From NCBI RefSeq assembly GCF_963921235.1, contig NC_086097.1, positions 194,930,001 to 194,994,000 of the forward strand: a stretch of DNA of 64,000 nt, given 5' to 3'. The stretch is from Mobula hypostoma. Its lineage: Eukaryota. The notes under the pieces are model-generated. The model did no database searches. It was given only the letters and a program-made list of their open reading frames with translations, and had not been told where the DNA came from. Shown here in pieces: positions 25,468-37,769 of the stretch. Both the position numbers and the translations under genes were made by a program. The stretch's first letter is position 1; each line of letters opens with the position of its first letter.

Positions 25468-26493
25468 GGTCATTGGTTTATTATTGGCCCATTTCCTGAG
25501 ATGGTGAAAAACTTTGTTTTGTGTACCATCCATACAGATACATCCATCACATCAATGCATTGAAGGAAAATGCAAAATGTTGTGTTATAGTTACAATGGA
25601 AGTACAATGCAAGCAGACAATAATGAGTAAGGCAGATGATGAGATATCTTGTGAGGTAAAGACTGAAAGAAAGCAGAGATAGGAATTAAAGTCTCTTCCT
25701 ACTGAGACACCACTTTTTGTTATAAAACAACACAATCACACAGTCAGATCTACAATGACACAGTACAGGTTAGTCACTTGCATATGAGGTGCAGATTTGG
25801 CTTAACTTACCTACACCCCATTTTCTTTAAGGTTTTCTACTTTACTGGCTGCAAACATACAGGAAATTTAGTCTCTAGTCTGACAGTCATAAATAGATCA
25901 CAGATTAATTCCATGACAGATTGTGCCACCCATCTCATCAAGTCCATGCATATATTTGTAAGAGCAATCCCATCCATCATTTTGTTGATTCTTTCAGTAC
26001 CCTGCAAATTCTTTCTCTTCGACTACTTTGCAATTTCTTGTTAAAAAGCGTGACTGAATCTGCTTCTGTCACCTTTTCAGGCAGAGAGTTCTAAATTATA
26101 TCAGTCCTTTGCACAAGAAGTTCTGCCCTCACTTCACCTTTGATTTTGGTTCTAATCATGTTACATTCTTGCTCAGTGGTTTTCAATCCTTCTGCTAACA
26201 CAAACCATTTCATTTATTTCCTTTGTCTAGACAGTGCATGACTTTGATTACTCATATCAAATTACATCACAACTTTCCCTGTTTTAGGAAGTCCAACCCC
26301 AGTATCTCCAGCCTTTTCAAATAGTCAAAATTCCCGATTCCTGGGACACTAAATTTCACATTTTTTCTAAAGTGATTCCCAAAATTGGGCACAAACACTT
26401 CAGAAAAGAACCATCAGTGTTTGGTATCTCCCAGATAAGGAAAGCCTCAATCTGATGAATAATTGATTGGGTGACAGTGGACCTCTAATACAA

Positions 26494-26590
26494 GGTCCTG
26501 CTGAAGTGTCTCGGCCTGAAATGTCAACTGTACTCTTCTCCATAGATGCTGCCTGGCTGCTGAGTTCCTTCAGCATTTTGTGTGTGTTGC
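26494..26590 (+). repeat. Penelope pLTR-derived short repeat with mutated hammerhead
   Basis: GTCCTGCTGAAGTGTCTCGGCCTGAAATGTC..GATGCTGCCTGG..GCATTTTGTGTGTGTTGC. Confidence 0.8.
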
Positions 26591-26664
26591 AAAGTACTCC
26601 AGGCAAGGTTGCAAGGCTGGTGAAGTATGGTAGAGGCTGACAGATTTCTGGGGAGAGGGATAGC

Positions 26665-26905
26665 TGGCACTATACCATAGTCGCTAGAATAATTGACCTA
26701 GGTTCAATTCTGTCGCATGTCGGTAAGTACTTTGCCCATTCTCCCAATAAATATGTGAGTTTCCTCCGGGAGCTCCAGGTTCCTGCCCCAATCCAAAGGC
26801 ATATGGCTTAGGAGGTTAATTGGTCACATGGGTGTCATTGAGTGGTGTGGGCTCATTGGGATGGAAGGGCTTGTTAACGTGTCATATCTTTAAATAAACA
26901 AATAA
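26665..26905 (+). mobile_element. tRNA-derived SINE (V-SINE/HE1-like), decayed
   Basis: B box GGTTCAATTC, GTTTCCTCCGGGAGCTCC core, TAAATAAA tail. Confidence 0.7.
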
Positions 26906-26979
26906 AGATAAATGCAGTCTTCTAACTGTATGCTTTAAAATATCTTTCAAGCAAAAGGAGAAACGACTATATAAATAAA

Positions 26980-26995
26980 CCACTAGAGGGCAGTG
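26980..26995 (+). promoter_or_regulatory. CTCF consensus motif
   Basis: CCACTAGAGGGCAGTG matches CCASYAGRKGGCRS; motif only, no binding evidence. Confidence 0.55.
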
Positions 26996-27484
26996 GGAAC
27001 CACTGTGGTACCATTGAGACTCATTGTCCAAGCATTACAGCAAAGAAATATGGGGAAGAGAGGATAAGTGGGCTGGAAATTCATCACCTGAATCAAATGC
27101 AGTTGTAATTTGTGCAAGTCAGAATATCTGAAACATGCTTGAAACTGGAGTTAAGGCCTGGACATACTTTTTGAATTGCCAGCATGTACTGCAGCAACTT
27201 TGCAGGAACAAATAGGTATGTGGATTGAAAATGGCGGGGTCTTTTATTATGATACTGTCCGTATCTATGCTTGGCTCCATCGCAACACATCTAAAATTTC
27301 ATTGCTTACAAAACATATGTTATGATGCTTGTCACCCAGTGAATTCACTTAACAGTTCCCCAATGGACTTAACCAGGAATTTCAGCAATGGGAACTGAAG
27401 CATATTGAGGACCCACATTTACAAATGTGAGGTATCTAATGAACATAATAATTATCAGATGTGCCTAAAAGTTTGTACAACTAT

Positions 27485-28048
27485 TGAGATGAGGCTGAGG
27501 GCCTCCGTCGGTCAGATTTGACCATGGATATTGCATCCTAGTTGTCTAGATACACAAGCCTGGGCAGTACGATATGGAGAGCAAACTGTTGCCTATGTAG
27601 GAAGCTCTCCCTCTCCACTCATCTGATGAACTCAACGGAATGTCAGATACCGATACGTTTTGCAGCAGCACAGGAGCTGCCAGTCAATGTTGAACTCAAC
27701 GTAGGACTCCCTGAGGGACTCCAGCTCCAGATTTTTCCTGTGGGGTTTATTCTCGAAGTCTTAGTCATAGGGTCCTGGCTTTCCTTCTCTTAGATGACCT
27801 GCCAGCCACAGCTGACAAGCCCCATCTGCCCCAGGAAACTGGTTTTAAGGCACCAGTATCTTGCCTTTGCCCCTTCTCCTGTCAGTAGAAACAGTTCTGC
27901 CGGGCTTAGTAGCTAAGCCACACATGAAGGCCAGGAGCTGGACTTGGTTGTCAGAGGCTATTTGAGGCACACGCCTTTGGGTAGCATTTAATACATATTG
28001 GGAACTTGTCCCCATTACCAACCCTTGCTATAATGACCTTAACGAACC
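27485..28048 (-). mobile_element. Complete ~560-bp non-coding retroelement (RTE-UTR-like) with a 5' HDV-like ribozyme (copy 1)
   Basis: Three homologous copies in the window; candidate TSD TGTACAACTA (27474-27483) / TGTTCAACTA (28049-28058). Confidence 0.78.
27876..28048 (-). ncRNA. HDV/CPEB3-like self-cleaving ribozyme candidate
   Basis: Minus strand: P1 GGUUC(G)/(A)GAACU, P2 CUCCUG/CAGGAG, P3 GCC/GGC, L3 UUCAUGU, GU after P1', J4/2 CUGA, all in nested-pseudoknot order. Confidence 0.65.
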
Positions 28049-28367
28049 TGTTCAACTAGTATGGAGAGGAATATGGAGTATTGAGAGATATCTGAACATT
28101 AAATATTGATGTGTTTATCCCCTCTTTGAACCTGGGAAATGGGCATGGTGAGATTTAATTTCGAACTTAGCATTTATAAATTAAAGATTATGACTAGACT
28201 GCTCAAGAAATGAATGATTAATGCTGGGATAATAGATGGCAAAACCATTAGGGTAAGCAGACACACAACTCATCTTTCAACAGTAATGAAACAATAGGGA
28301 AGGATACAGGGTATTTGTTGAGGGGTGTTTCTTTGGCAAGAAGTCTATAAATAGTGGTTAATGCAGA

Positions 28368-28780
28368 GATTCAAGATTCAAAGATTCAAAGTGCATTTAT
28401 TATCAATGAATGTTTAAATTATGCAGCCATGAGATTTGTTTGCTTAACAGGCAGACACAAAGCATGGAACCTGAAAGAACCCGATTTTAAAAGCTTACAA
28501 CCAAGCCCCAGTGCCCACATAGAAAGAGGAAAAAAAGACAAAACAAATGATGCAAACAACAGAAGTGAGCAACAGCAACAACATTCCAAACCAAATTGAG
28601 TCCTTAGATCCAAATCCCCAGAGCAGCCCAGAGTAGGCCCAAAGCCTCAGTATTCAGTTCATCATGTTAGCGGGCAAGTCGTCGCAAAGTTCGCAGACAC
28701 GAAGCACAGCAGTCGGGGGTAGTCTCACAGCCTTAGCTTTGTGGAGAGATCAGCCCCCAGACTATCTGGGCCAGCATGTA
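28368..28780 (-). mobile_element. Non-coding retroposon 3' part with (TTGAATC)-type tail; probably continues at ~31575-32080
   Basis: GATTCAAGATTCAAAGATTCAAAG followed by TTTATT (AATAAA on minus strand); GC-rich body on both sides of the CR1. Confidence 0.55.
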
Positions 28781-31575
28781 AACATAGAACGTAGAACATA
28801 GAATAGTACAGCACAGTTCAGGCCCTTCGGCCCACAATGTTGTACCGACCCTTAAACCCTGCCTCCCATGTAACCCCCCACCTTAAATTCCTCCATATAG
28901 TCTAGTAGTCTCTTAAATTTCACTAGTGTATCTGCCTCCACCACTGACACAGGCAGTGCATTCCACGCACCAACCACTCTCTGAGTAAAAAACCTTCCTC
29001 TAATATCCCTCTTGAACTTCCCACCCCTTACCTTAAAGCCACATCCTCTTGTATTGAGCAATGGTGCCCTGGGGAAGAGGTGCTGGCTGTCCACTCTATC
29101 TATTCCTCTTAATAGCTTGTATAACTCTATTATGTCTCCTCTCATCCTCCTTCTCTCCAGACAGTAAAGCCCAGGCTCCCTTAATCTCTGATCATAATGC
29201 AGACTCTAAACCAGGCACCATCCTGGTAAACCTCCTCGGTACCCTTTCCAATGCTTCCACATCCTTCCTATAGTGAGGCGACCAGAACTGAACACAATAC
29301 TCCAAGTGTGGCCTAACCAGAGTTTTATAGAGCTGCATCATTACCCCACGACTCTTAAACTCTATGCCTTGATTTATGAAAGCTAACACCCCATAAGCTT
29401 TCTTAACTACCCTATCTACCTGTGAGGCAACTTTCAGGGGTCTGTGGACATGTACCCCCAGATCCCTCTGCTCCTCCACACTACCAAGTATCCTGCCATT
29501 TACTTTGTACTCTGCCTTGGAGTTTGTCCTTCCAAAGTGTACCACCTCACACTTCTCCGGGTTGAACTCCATCTGCCACTTCTCAGCCCACTTCTGCATC
29601 CTATCAATGTCTTTCTGCAACCTTCAACAATCCTCTACACTATCTACAACACCACCAACCTTTGTGTCGTCTGCAAACTTGCCAATCCACCATTCTAACG
29701 CCACATCCAGGTCGTTAATAAAAATCATGAAAAGTAGAGGTCCCAGAACCAATCCTTGTGGGACACCACTAGTCACAACCCTCCAATCCGAATGTACTCC
29801 CTCCACCACCACCCTCTGCTTTCTGCAGATCACATCCACTGCACTACCCTTATCTAAATGAAATGAAATATCTTTATTGTCATCGCATAATACAATTTAT
29901 CATGCACCAATACAGCAAAAATGATTTTGTAACTCTCGTACTCAATGCTATAAAACAACAAATAAAATAAATAAACAATAAATAAAATCAAGTAACCAGC
30001 CAGTACAAGCAATGTCCAGCAGTACAAAAGTGAAACTCAGACACATGACAGCCATAAAACCAGTATTAAAGTAGCAATATAACAATTTACGGATGATGCT
30101 TGATCGATTGGTTCACTATTTTTCAGTCTAGAAGTGCGGGCATAGAAAATCTTATAACGTCTGCCAAATGGAAGAAGTTCAAAGAGAGGATTGCATGGGT
30201 GTGTATTGTCCTTACAGATGCTTGTAGCTTTCCTTAGGCAGCGAGAGCTGTAGGTGTCTTCCAGGGCTGGGAGCTGTGTCCCGATGATCTTCTGTGCGCT
30301 AGGGATGACCAGCTGAAGTGCTTTCCTATCAGCTGCTGTACAGCTGAGATACCACACAGAGATGCAGTATGTTAAGATGCTTTCTATGGTGCCACAGTAA
30401 AAGGTCACCAACATCTGTTCAGGTAGACCAGCTTCCTGCAGTGTCTATATGCCTGGTCACATCCTCAAAGAACTCTATCAGGCTTATTAGACATGATCTG
30501 CCCTTCACAAAGCCATGCTGACTGTCCCTGATCAGACCATGATTATCTAAATGCCCAGAGATCCTATCTCTTAGAATCTTTTCCAACAGCTTTCCCACCA
30601 CAGACGTAAGGCTCACTGGTCTATAATTACCCAGACTATCCCTACTACCTTTTTTGAACAAGGGGATAACGTTTGCCTCTCTCCAAACCTCCAGTACCAT
30701 TCTCATGGACAACGAGGACATAAAGATCTTAGCCAGAGGCTCAGTAATCTCTCCCTCGCCTCGTGGAGCAGCCTGGGGAATATTCCGTCAGGCCCCGGGG
30801 ACTTATCCGTCCTAATGTATTTTAAGAACTCCAACACATGCTCTCCCTTAATATCAACATGCACCAGAACATCAACCTCACTCATACTGTCCTCACCGTC
30901 ATTAAGTTCCCTCTTATTGGTGAATACTGAAGAGAAGTATTCATTGAGGGCCTCGCTCACTTCCACAGCCTCCAGGCACATCTTCCCACCTTTATCTCTA
31001 ATCAGTCCTAACTTCAATCCTGTCATCCTTCTGTTCTTCACATAATTGAAGAATGCCTTGGAGTTTTCCTTTACCCTACCCGCCAAGGCCATCTCATGCC
31101 CCCTTCTTGCTCTCCTCAGCCCCTTCTTAGGCTCCTTTCTTGCTACCCTATATTCCTCAATAGACCCATCTGATCCTTGCTTCCTAAACCTCATGTATGC
31201 TGCTTTCTTCCACCTGACTAGATTCTCCATTTTACTTGTCACCCATGGTTCCTTCACCCTACCATTCTTTATCTTCCTCACCGGGACAGATTTATCCCTA
31301 ACATCCTGCAAGAGATCCCTAAACATCGACCGCATGTCCATAGTACATTTCCATGCAAAAACATCATCCCAATTCACACCCGCAAATTCCAGCCTTATAG
31401 CCTCATAATCTGCCCTTCCCCAATTAAAAATTTTCCTGTCCTCTCTGATTCTATCCTTTTCCATGATAATGCTAAAGGCCAGGGAGTGGTGGTCACTGTC
31501 CCCCAGATGCTCACCCACTGAGAGATCTGTGACCTGACCCGGTTTGTTACCTAATACTAGATGTAGTATGTGGTC
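28781..31575 (-). mobile_element. CR1 subfamily C, 5'-truncated within the endonuclease, interrupted by a Rex1 fragment
   Basis: ORFs 30703..31785 (SDH, SPGPDG), 30419..30721, 29624..29839, 29192..29620, 28852..29145; (TTCTATG)n tail. Confidence 0.92.
29857..30440 (-). mobile_element. Rex1/Babar-type 3' fragment
   Basis: ORF 30037..30414 FYCGTIESILTYCISVWY..AQKIIG..HP..LFELLP; (ATTTC)n tail. Confidence 0.88.
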
Positions 31576-33736
31576 CAAACCTTTCACTAGGAACCTGGCC
31601 CCACTGCAACAAATCTCTCTGGGCCTAGATTTTGCTGCCGGAGAAGCCCCTCCAATTCGGCTCAGTGCTAAAAGTGAGCCAACCTCGCTCAACACCCTGC
31701 CTTCCCGTCTACCTGGGCCGGCATTTAGATTGTCCAAACTGCATATTGTACCTTGCATTAGGATCGCTCCAGGCCTAGAACTCATGGCCTAGTGATTGGT
31801 TCCAAACCTGTCTTTCACTGCCAAAAAAGCTATTCTCTACCACTCCAAATAGGCTCAAACGATCCATCCTCAACCCGAGTAAGTTGGACTGGGATCAGAA
31901 CTCCTCTGTCCCATCTTCTCCCCTCTGAATCATTTACTCCAACCAGCATGACAACTCCTACTCCAAGTGCACCGATTTTGCAGCACACCAGCAGGGCACA
32001 TCTTCCGAGTTTGCTTTGCGCTCACTCGCCTCTTCATTGTTTGCGGTGATAGTTTACCATAATTTACCACAAAATTTACTTCTGGGGCGCCAAGGTGCGA
32101 CTTGAGTAGCAGCAGTAATCTCAATTAATATGATTAAATGTTCCTGTTTCAGCCTGATACAGCTAAAAAGCACAAATGCTTCCAAGGTCAGTAGTGTCAA
32201 CAAAGATGTCTTAATGCATTTGAACGAACTATCGCTGCTTAAAACTGACGGAAGCAACACTGATTGTGGTCGGAAGTGCTCACGTAGGGTACCACAGAGG
32301 AAGCACGGGTGCAGAGTGGGGATATAAGTGTGTTTATGGAAATAGGGTATTAAAGTCCCTGTACCGACTATCTTGTTGGCAAATGTGCCGTCTCTGGTGA
32401 ATAAAATCAATGATCTCTGAGCTAGGGTGCTGAATCAGAGGACCGCGTGTGTCCTTTGTTTCACAGAATCCTGGTTAACCCCTTCCATACTGGATGCAGC
32501 GATCCAGATCGATAGGTTTACTATTCACCATCAGGATAGATCTATAGAGTCTCTCAAAAGCAGAGGTGGAGGAGTATGCCTCATGATCAACTCTTCTTGG
32601 TGCACAAATATATCAGTGCTGACCCAATTCTGCTCACCAGACCTGGAGTATCTAGCAGTTAAGTGTCGTCCTTTTCACCTACCACGGGAGTTCTCCGGGG
32701 TCATTTTGGTAGCAGTATACATTCCACCTCAGGCCAATGTCAAGCAGGCTTTAGATGACCTGAACAATGAGATCAACATGCAGGAAACAGCGCACTCTAA
32801 CGCATTCACCATTGTTTTGGGAGATTTTAATCGGGCCAGTCTGAAACAATCACTAAGCAACAGATCACTTGCAGTACCAGAGGATCAACACACTGGACCT
32901 ATTCTGCACCACTATCAAGAATGCATATCATGCTATTCCACACCCTCACTTCAGAAGTCTGATCACCTGGCTGTACTTCTACTCCCTGAGTATAGGCAGA
33001 GACTGAAGACTGCAGCACCAGTAGTGAGGACCAAGAAGGTTTGGACAAGGGAAGCACCTGAGTGCCTATAGGACTGCTTTGAATCGGTGGACTGGACTGT
33101 ATTCAGGGATTCATCTTCAAACCTGGATGAGTATGCTGCAGTTGTTACCAACTTCATTAAAAACCTGTGTGGATGAGTATGTGCCCACAGAGACTTACTC
33201 TACATTCCCAAACCAACAGACGTGGATGAACCAGGAGGTACGTCATCTGCTGAAGGCCAGATCTGTGGCTTTCAAGTCTGGTATGCAGGCCTGTAACAGA
33301 AAACCAGGTGTGATCTGCGGAGGAATATTTCAAGGGTGAAGAGACAATTTCGAATGAGGCTGGAGTTGACATTGGATGCATGGCAACTCTGGCAAGGTTT
33401 GTAAGACATTACTTCCTACAAAGCAAAACCCAATAGCATGAATGGCTTCACTACCAGATGAACTCAATGCCTTCTATGCACGCTTTGAAAGGGAGAGCAC
33501 AACTACAGCTGTGAAGATCCCTGCTGCACCTGATGACCCTGTGATCTCTGTCTCAGAGGCTGATGTTAGACTGTCTTTAAAGAGAGTGAACCCTCGTAAG
33601 GTGGAAGGTCCTGATGGAGTACCTGGTAAGGCTCTGAAAACCTGTGCCAACTAACCAGCGGGAGTATTCAAGAACATTTTCAACCTCTCACTGCTATAAG
33701 CGGAAGTTCCCACTTGCTTCAAAAAGGCAACAGTTA

Positions 33737-35239
33737 CAGGTATCCCCCGCTTTTCGAACGTTCGCTTTACTAAACCTCACTGTTACGAAAGACCTACATC
33801 AGTACCCTGGTTTTGCTAACAGTAGGTATTTTCACTGTTACAAAAAAAATCAGCACGCAAAAAAATCAGAGCGCGAGAAAATCAGTGCGTGATCAAAAGC
33901 AGCGCGTGCCCCGAGCAGCCGCTTCTCCCCCGGAACTGCATTCTCGCCGGCATTGCTTAAACACGTGCATGTGAGCAGCCGTTTGCAAGATGAGCTCTAT
34001 GGTATCGGAAAAGCCTGAAAGAGCTCGTAAGTCTGTTACACTTAGCGTAAAACTAGACATAATTAAGCATTTTGATCGTGATGAACGAAGTAAGGACAAA
34101 GTGAGTTTGGCTTGTGGAAGTTGACGAAGATGATGTTGAAGAGGTTTTGGCATCTCATGACCAAGAACTGATAGATGAAGAGCTGATGCAATTGGAAGAG
34201 GAAAGGATAACAATCGAAACCGAATGAGTAATGATAAAGTACGACTTTAATTTTGCAAGGGTACGTAGGTTTAGGGGATATTTGCAGGATGGTTTGAGTG
34301 CTTACAGAGAACTGTATAATAGAAAAATGCGCGAGGCTCAGCAGTCAAACAAGCCTTCGACATCAGCCACAGCAGACGACGAATCTCAACCTTCGACTTC
34401 GAGGCGGGCAGTCATAGGAGAAGATAAGCTGCCTGCTCTAATGGAAGTAGATGACAATGAATGACACCCCAGTGTCCCCCCACGACCCCAACCCCCAGAC
34501 CGCGGACAGATACCGATTTGCGGAGAATGCAGCGGTAGCCAGGAGGCATACAGCACATCTTTAGGAAAAAAGCCGAAATAAACATGCTGATTAATTACGT
34601 GCCGGGCGGCACCTAATTAATTAGCTTGTTTATTTCAGCTTTTTTCTTAAAGATGTGCTGTGTGCCTCCCGGCTACCGCTGGACCCCTGTATGCTTCGCG
34701 GCAATGTATCGGGTCGCTGCCCAGAGGGTGGGGGCCACTGCACCACCCCAACCTCCGACTCAGCCTAACACACCATCATCAGTGTGCTCGACGTTGTCCC
34801 AATTCCGGTAAGTGATACTACACTGTACATACATTATTTCTACTTTATATCGGCTGTGTATTTTTAGGTGTTATTTGGTATGATTTGGCAGCTTCATAGC
34901 TTAAAGGTTACTGGAGAGCGCTTCACGCCGTGATTTTGCCGATGGCGATTGCGTGAGATTTTCTCTACGGAGAACAGTTCAGGCAATGATTGTGGAAAAG
35001 TACTTCTACTTTATATAAGCTGTGTATTTATCATATCATTCCTGCTTTTACTATATGTTACTGTCATTTTAGGTTTTATGTATTATTTGGCATGATTTGG
35101 TAGGTTATTTTTGAGGTCTGCGAACGCACACAAAATTTTCCCATATAAATAAATTGTAATTGCTTCTTTGCTTTACGACATTCCAGTTTATGAACCGTTT
35201 CATAGGAACGCTCTACCTTCAGATGGCGGGGGACACCTG
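33737..35239 (+). mobile_element. Internally deleted Tigger/pogo-like DNA transposon
   Basis: TA flanks; TIRs CAGGTATCCCCCGC / GCGGGGGACACCTG; remnants RKSVTLSVKLDIIKHF (CENP-B-type HTH start) and EDDVEEVLASHDQELIDEELMQLEE (Tigger C-terminus). Confidence 0.88.
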
Positions 35240-35456
35240 TATACCAGTGCCTAAGAAGAATAATGTGAGCTGCCTTAATGACCATCGCCTGGTAGCACTC
35301 ACATCTACCATAATGAAGTGCTTTGAGAGGTTGGTCATGACTACACTGAACTTCTGCCTCAGCAAGGACCTGGATGCTTTGCAATTTGCCTATCACCACA
35401 ATAGGTCAATGGCTCTCCATATGACTTTAGACCATCTGGACAACACAAACCCCTAC

Positions 35457-35752
35457 TAGAAAACCTAGCAATTTATTTTTCAACATAGTGTCCTCCTACA
35501 TTTACACACTTAGTCCAGCGGTCGTGGAGCATGCGGATCCCTTCTTTGTGGAAATCGATGTCTTGGACCTCCAGAAAGTGGTCCGCAGCAGGGGTAATTG
35601 ATAAGTTTGTGGCCTCAGGTAGAAGGAGATGAGTTATTAGCTTCAAACTTTCTGCATTATCATTCAAAGAGTTGAACTGCACGTGCATGTAACAAGAGCT
35701 GTATAACTCATCTCCTTCTACCTTAGGCCACAAACTTATCAATCACCCCTCG
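35457..35752 (-). mobile_element. Mariner-derived MITE
   Basis: FHKEGIRMLHDRWTKCVNVGGHYVEK* mariner C-terminus; TIR (TA)CGAGGGGTGATTGATAAGTT; inserted at a TA in Rex1 NTNPY|VRML. Confidence 0.85.
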
Positions 35753-36047
35753 TATGTCAGGATGCTGTTCGTCGACTATAGCTCAGCGTTTAAAACCATC
35801 ATTCCCACAATCTTGATTGAGAAGTTGCAGAACCTTGGCCTCTGTATCTCCCTCTGCAACTGGATCCTCGACTTCCTAACTGGAAGACTATAATCTGTGC
35901 AGATTGTTGATAACATATCCACCTTGCTGTCGATCAACACTTGTGCATAGCAGGGGTATGTGCTTAGCCCACTGCTCTGCTCTCTATTTACACATGACTG
36001 TGTGGCTAGGAATAGCTCAAATACTATCGATAAATTTGCTGACGATA

Positions 36048-36750
36048 TAGTTGTTGAAGAAAGTGCAAAAATGGGTCTATCTATCAATTGCAAAAAGACA
36101 GAATATATGGTGATATCCAAAAAGAAGGAGAATCCTATCTGCAGGCTGAGAATAAACAGGGAATACATAAAACAATACAGAACTTTTGCTACTTAGGAAG
36201 CTGGGTGACATCAGATGGCAGGTGCAACATGGACATCAAAAGAAGAATAGGGATGGCAAAAGACACCTTTATGAGAATGAAGAATATACTGACCAACACA
36301 AAACTGGGCATGACAACTCGCCTTAAAAATGTTACGTTTATCCAGTTATGTTATATGGTTCAGAATGTTGGACAATATCTGGTAACATGAGGAAACAAAT
36401 TGAAGCGGCAGAGATGTGGTTTTTGAGGAGGATGCAAAGAATATCATGGATGAAACGAATATCTAATGAGGATGTCATGAACAGAGCAAGCACAAAAAGA
36501 GAAATAATGTATGAGATCATGAAAAGGCAATATAACTTCATTGGACATGTGATTGGGAAAGAGGAGTTAGAATGCACGGTAATTATGGGAAAGGTTGAAG
36601 GGAAGAAAGCACGAGGAAGGCAAAGACAAATGATGATGGAGACAGCAGCCAGAGAACTGGAAATGAATTGATCCACTTGACCCAATACGGAAGTGCGTAG
36701 GCCATGGCAGTCAAAGCTCAAACTGGGCATGGCGCCTGATGATGATGATG
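36048..36750 (+). mobile_element. RTE-clade LINE 3' fragment
   Basis: GLSINCKKTEYM, FCYLGS, YGSECWT, AAEMWFLRRM, GKVEGKKARGRQR; (GAT)n tail; inserted at the Rex1 FADD codons. Confidence 0.88.
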
Positions 36751-37769
36751 ATAACTTTTGTTAGTACAATCTCAGGTGGTGATGAGAGGGCGTACAGCAG
36801 TGAGATATGTCAACCAGTGGAGTGGTGCCACAGCAACAACCTGGCACTCAACATCAGTAAGACGAAAGAGATGATTGTAGACTTCTGGAAGTGTAAGATG
36901 AAGGAACGCATACCAATCCTTACAGAGGGATCAGAAGTGGAGGGAGTGAGCAGTTTTCATTTCCTGGGTGTCAAGACCTATGAGGATCTAAGCTGGTCCC
37001 AGCATACCGATGTAATTATAAAGAAGGCAAGACAGTGACTACACTTCATTATGAGTTTGAAGAGATTTGGCATGTCAACAAATACACTCAAAAACTTCTA
37101 CAGATGTACCTTGGAGATCATTCTGACAGGCTGCATCACTGTTTGTTATGGAGGGGCTACTGCACAGGATTGAAAGAAGCTGCAGAAGGTTGTAAATCTA
37201 GACAGCTCCATCTTAGGTACTAGCCTACTAAGTACCCAGGATATCTTCAGAGAGTGGTGTCTCAAAAAGGTAGCATCCATTATTAAGGACCTCCAGCACC
37301 CAGGGCATGTCCTTTTCTCACTGTTACCATCAGTAGGAGATACAGAAGCCTGAAGGAACACACTCAGCAATTCAGCAACAGCTTCTTCCCCTCTGCCATC
37401 TGATTCCTAAATGGACATTGAACCCTTGGACACTACCTCACTTTTTTTTAATATGCAGTATTTCTGTTTTTGCATGTTTTTAATCTATTAATTATATGTA
37501 TACAGTAATTGATTTACTTATTTTATTTTTTTTTCCTTCTATATTATGTATTGCATTGAACTGCTGCTGCTAAGATAACAAATTTCACGTCATGTGCTGG
37601 TGATAATAAACCTGATTCTGTTTCTGATGCTGATATACTTCAAAGAAAGTGTTATTAATAATATTTTAATCAAATTCCTTTGCTTTTGAATCACTAGTAA
37701 GCTGCTGCATGACTTTGGCAGCACCATCTTAAATCAGACAGGTGCTGGGACCATTGTTGTTTGGCAAAC

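Larger units (their letters stand above)
32090..37626 (+). mobile_element. Near full-length decayed Rex1/Babar-type LINE with three nested insertions
   Basis: LCFTESWL, RGGGV, AVYIPP, LGDFN, SDH (EN); [32 protein letters not shown] (RT); tail AATAAACCTGATTCTG. Confidence 0.9.

Noticed and set aside
30703..31785. 360-aa ORF with a novel N-terminus
   Set aside because: Chance read-through from flanking DNA into a 5'-truncated CR1 ORF2.
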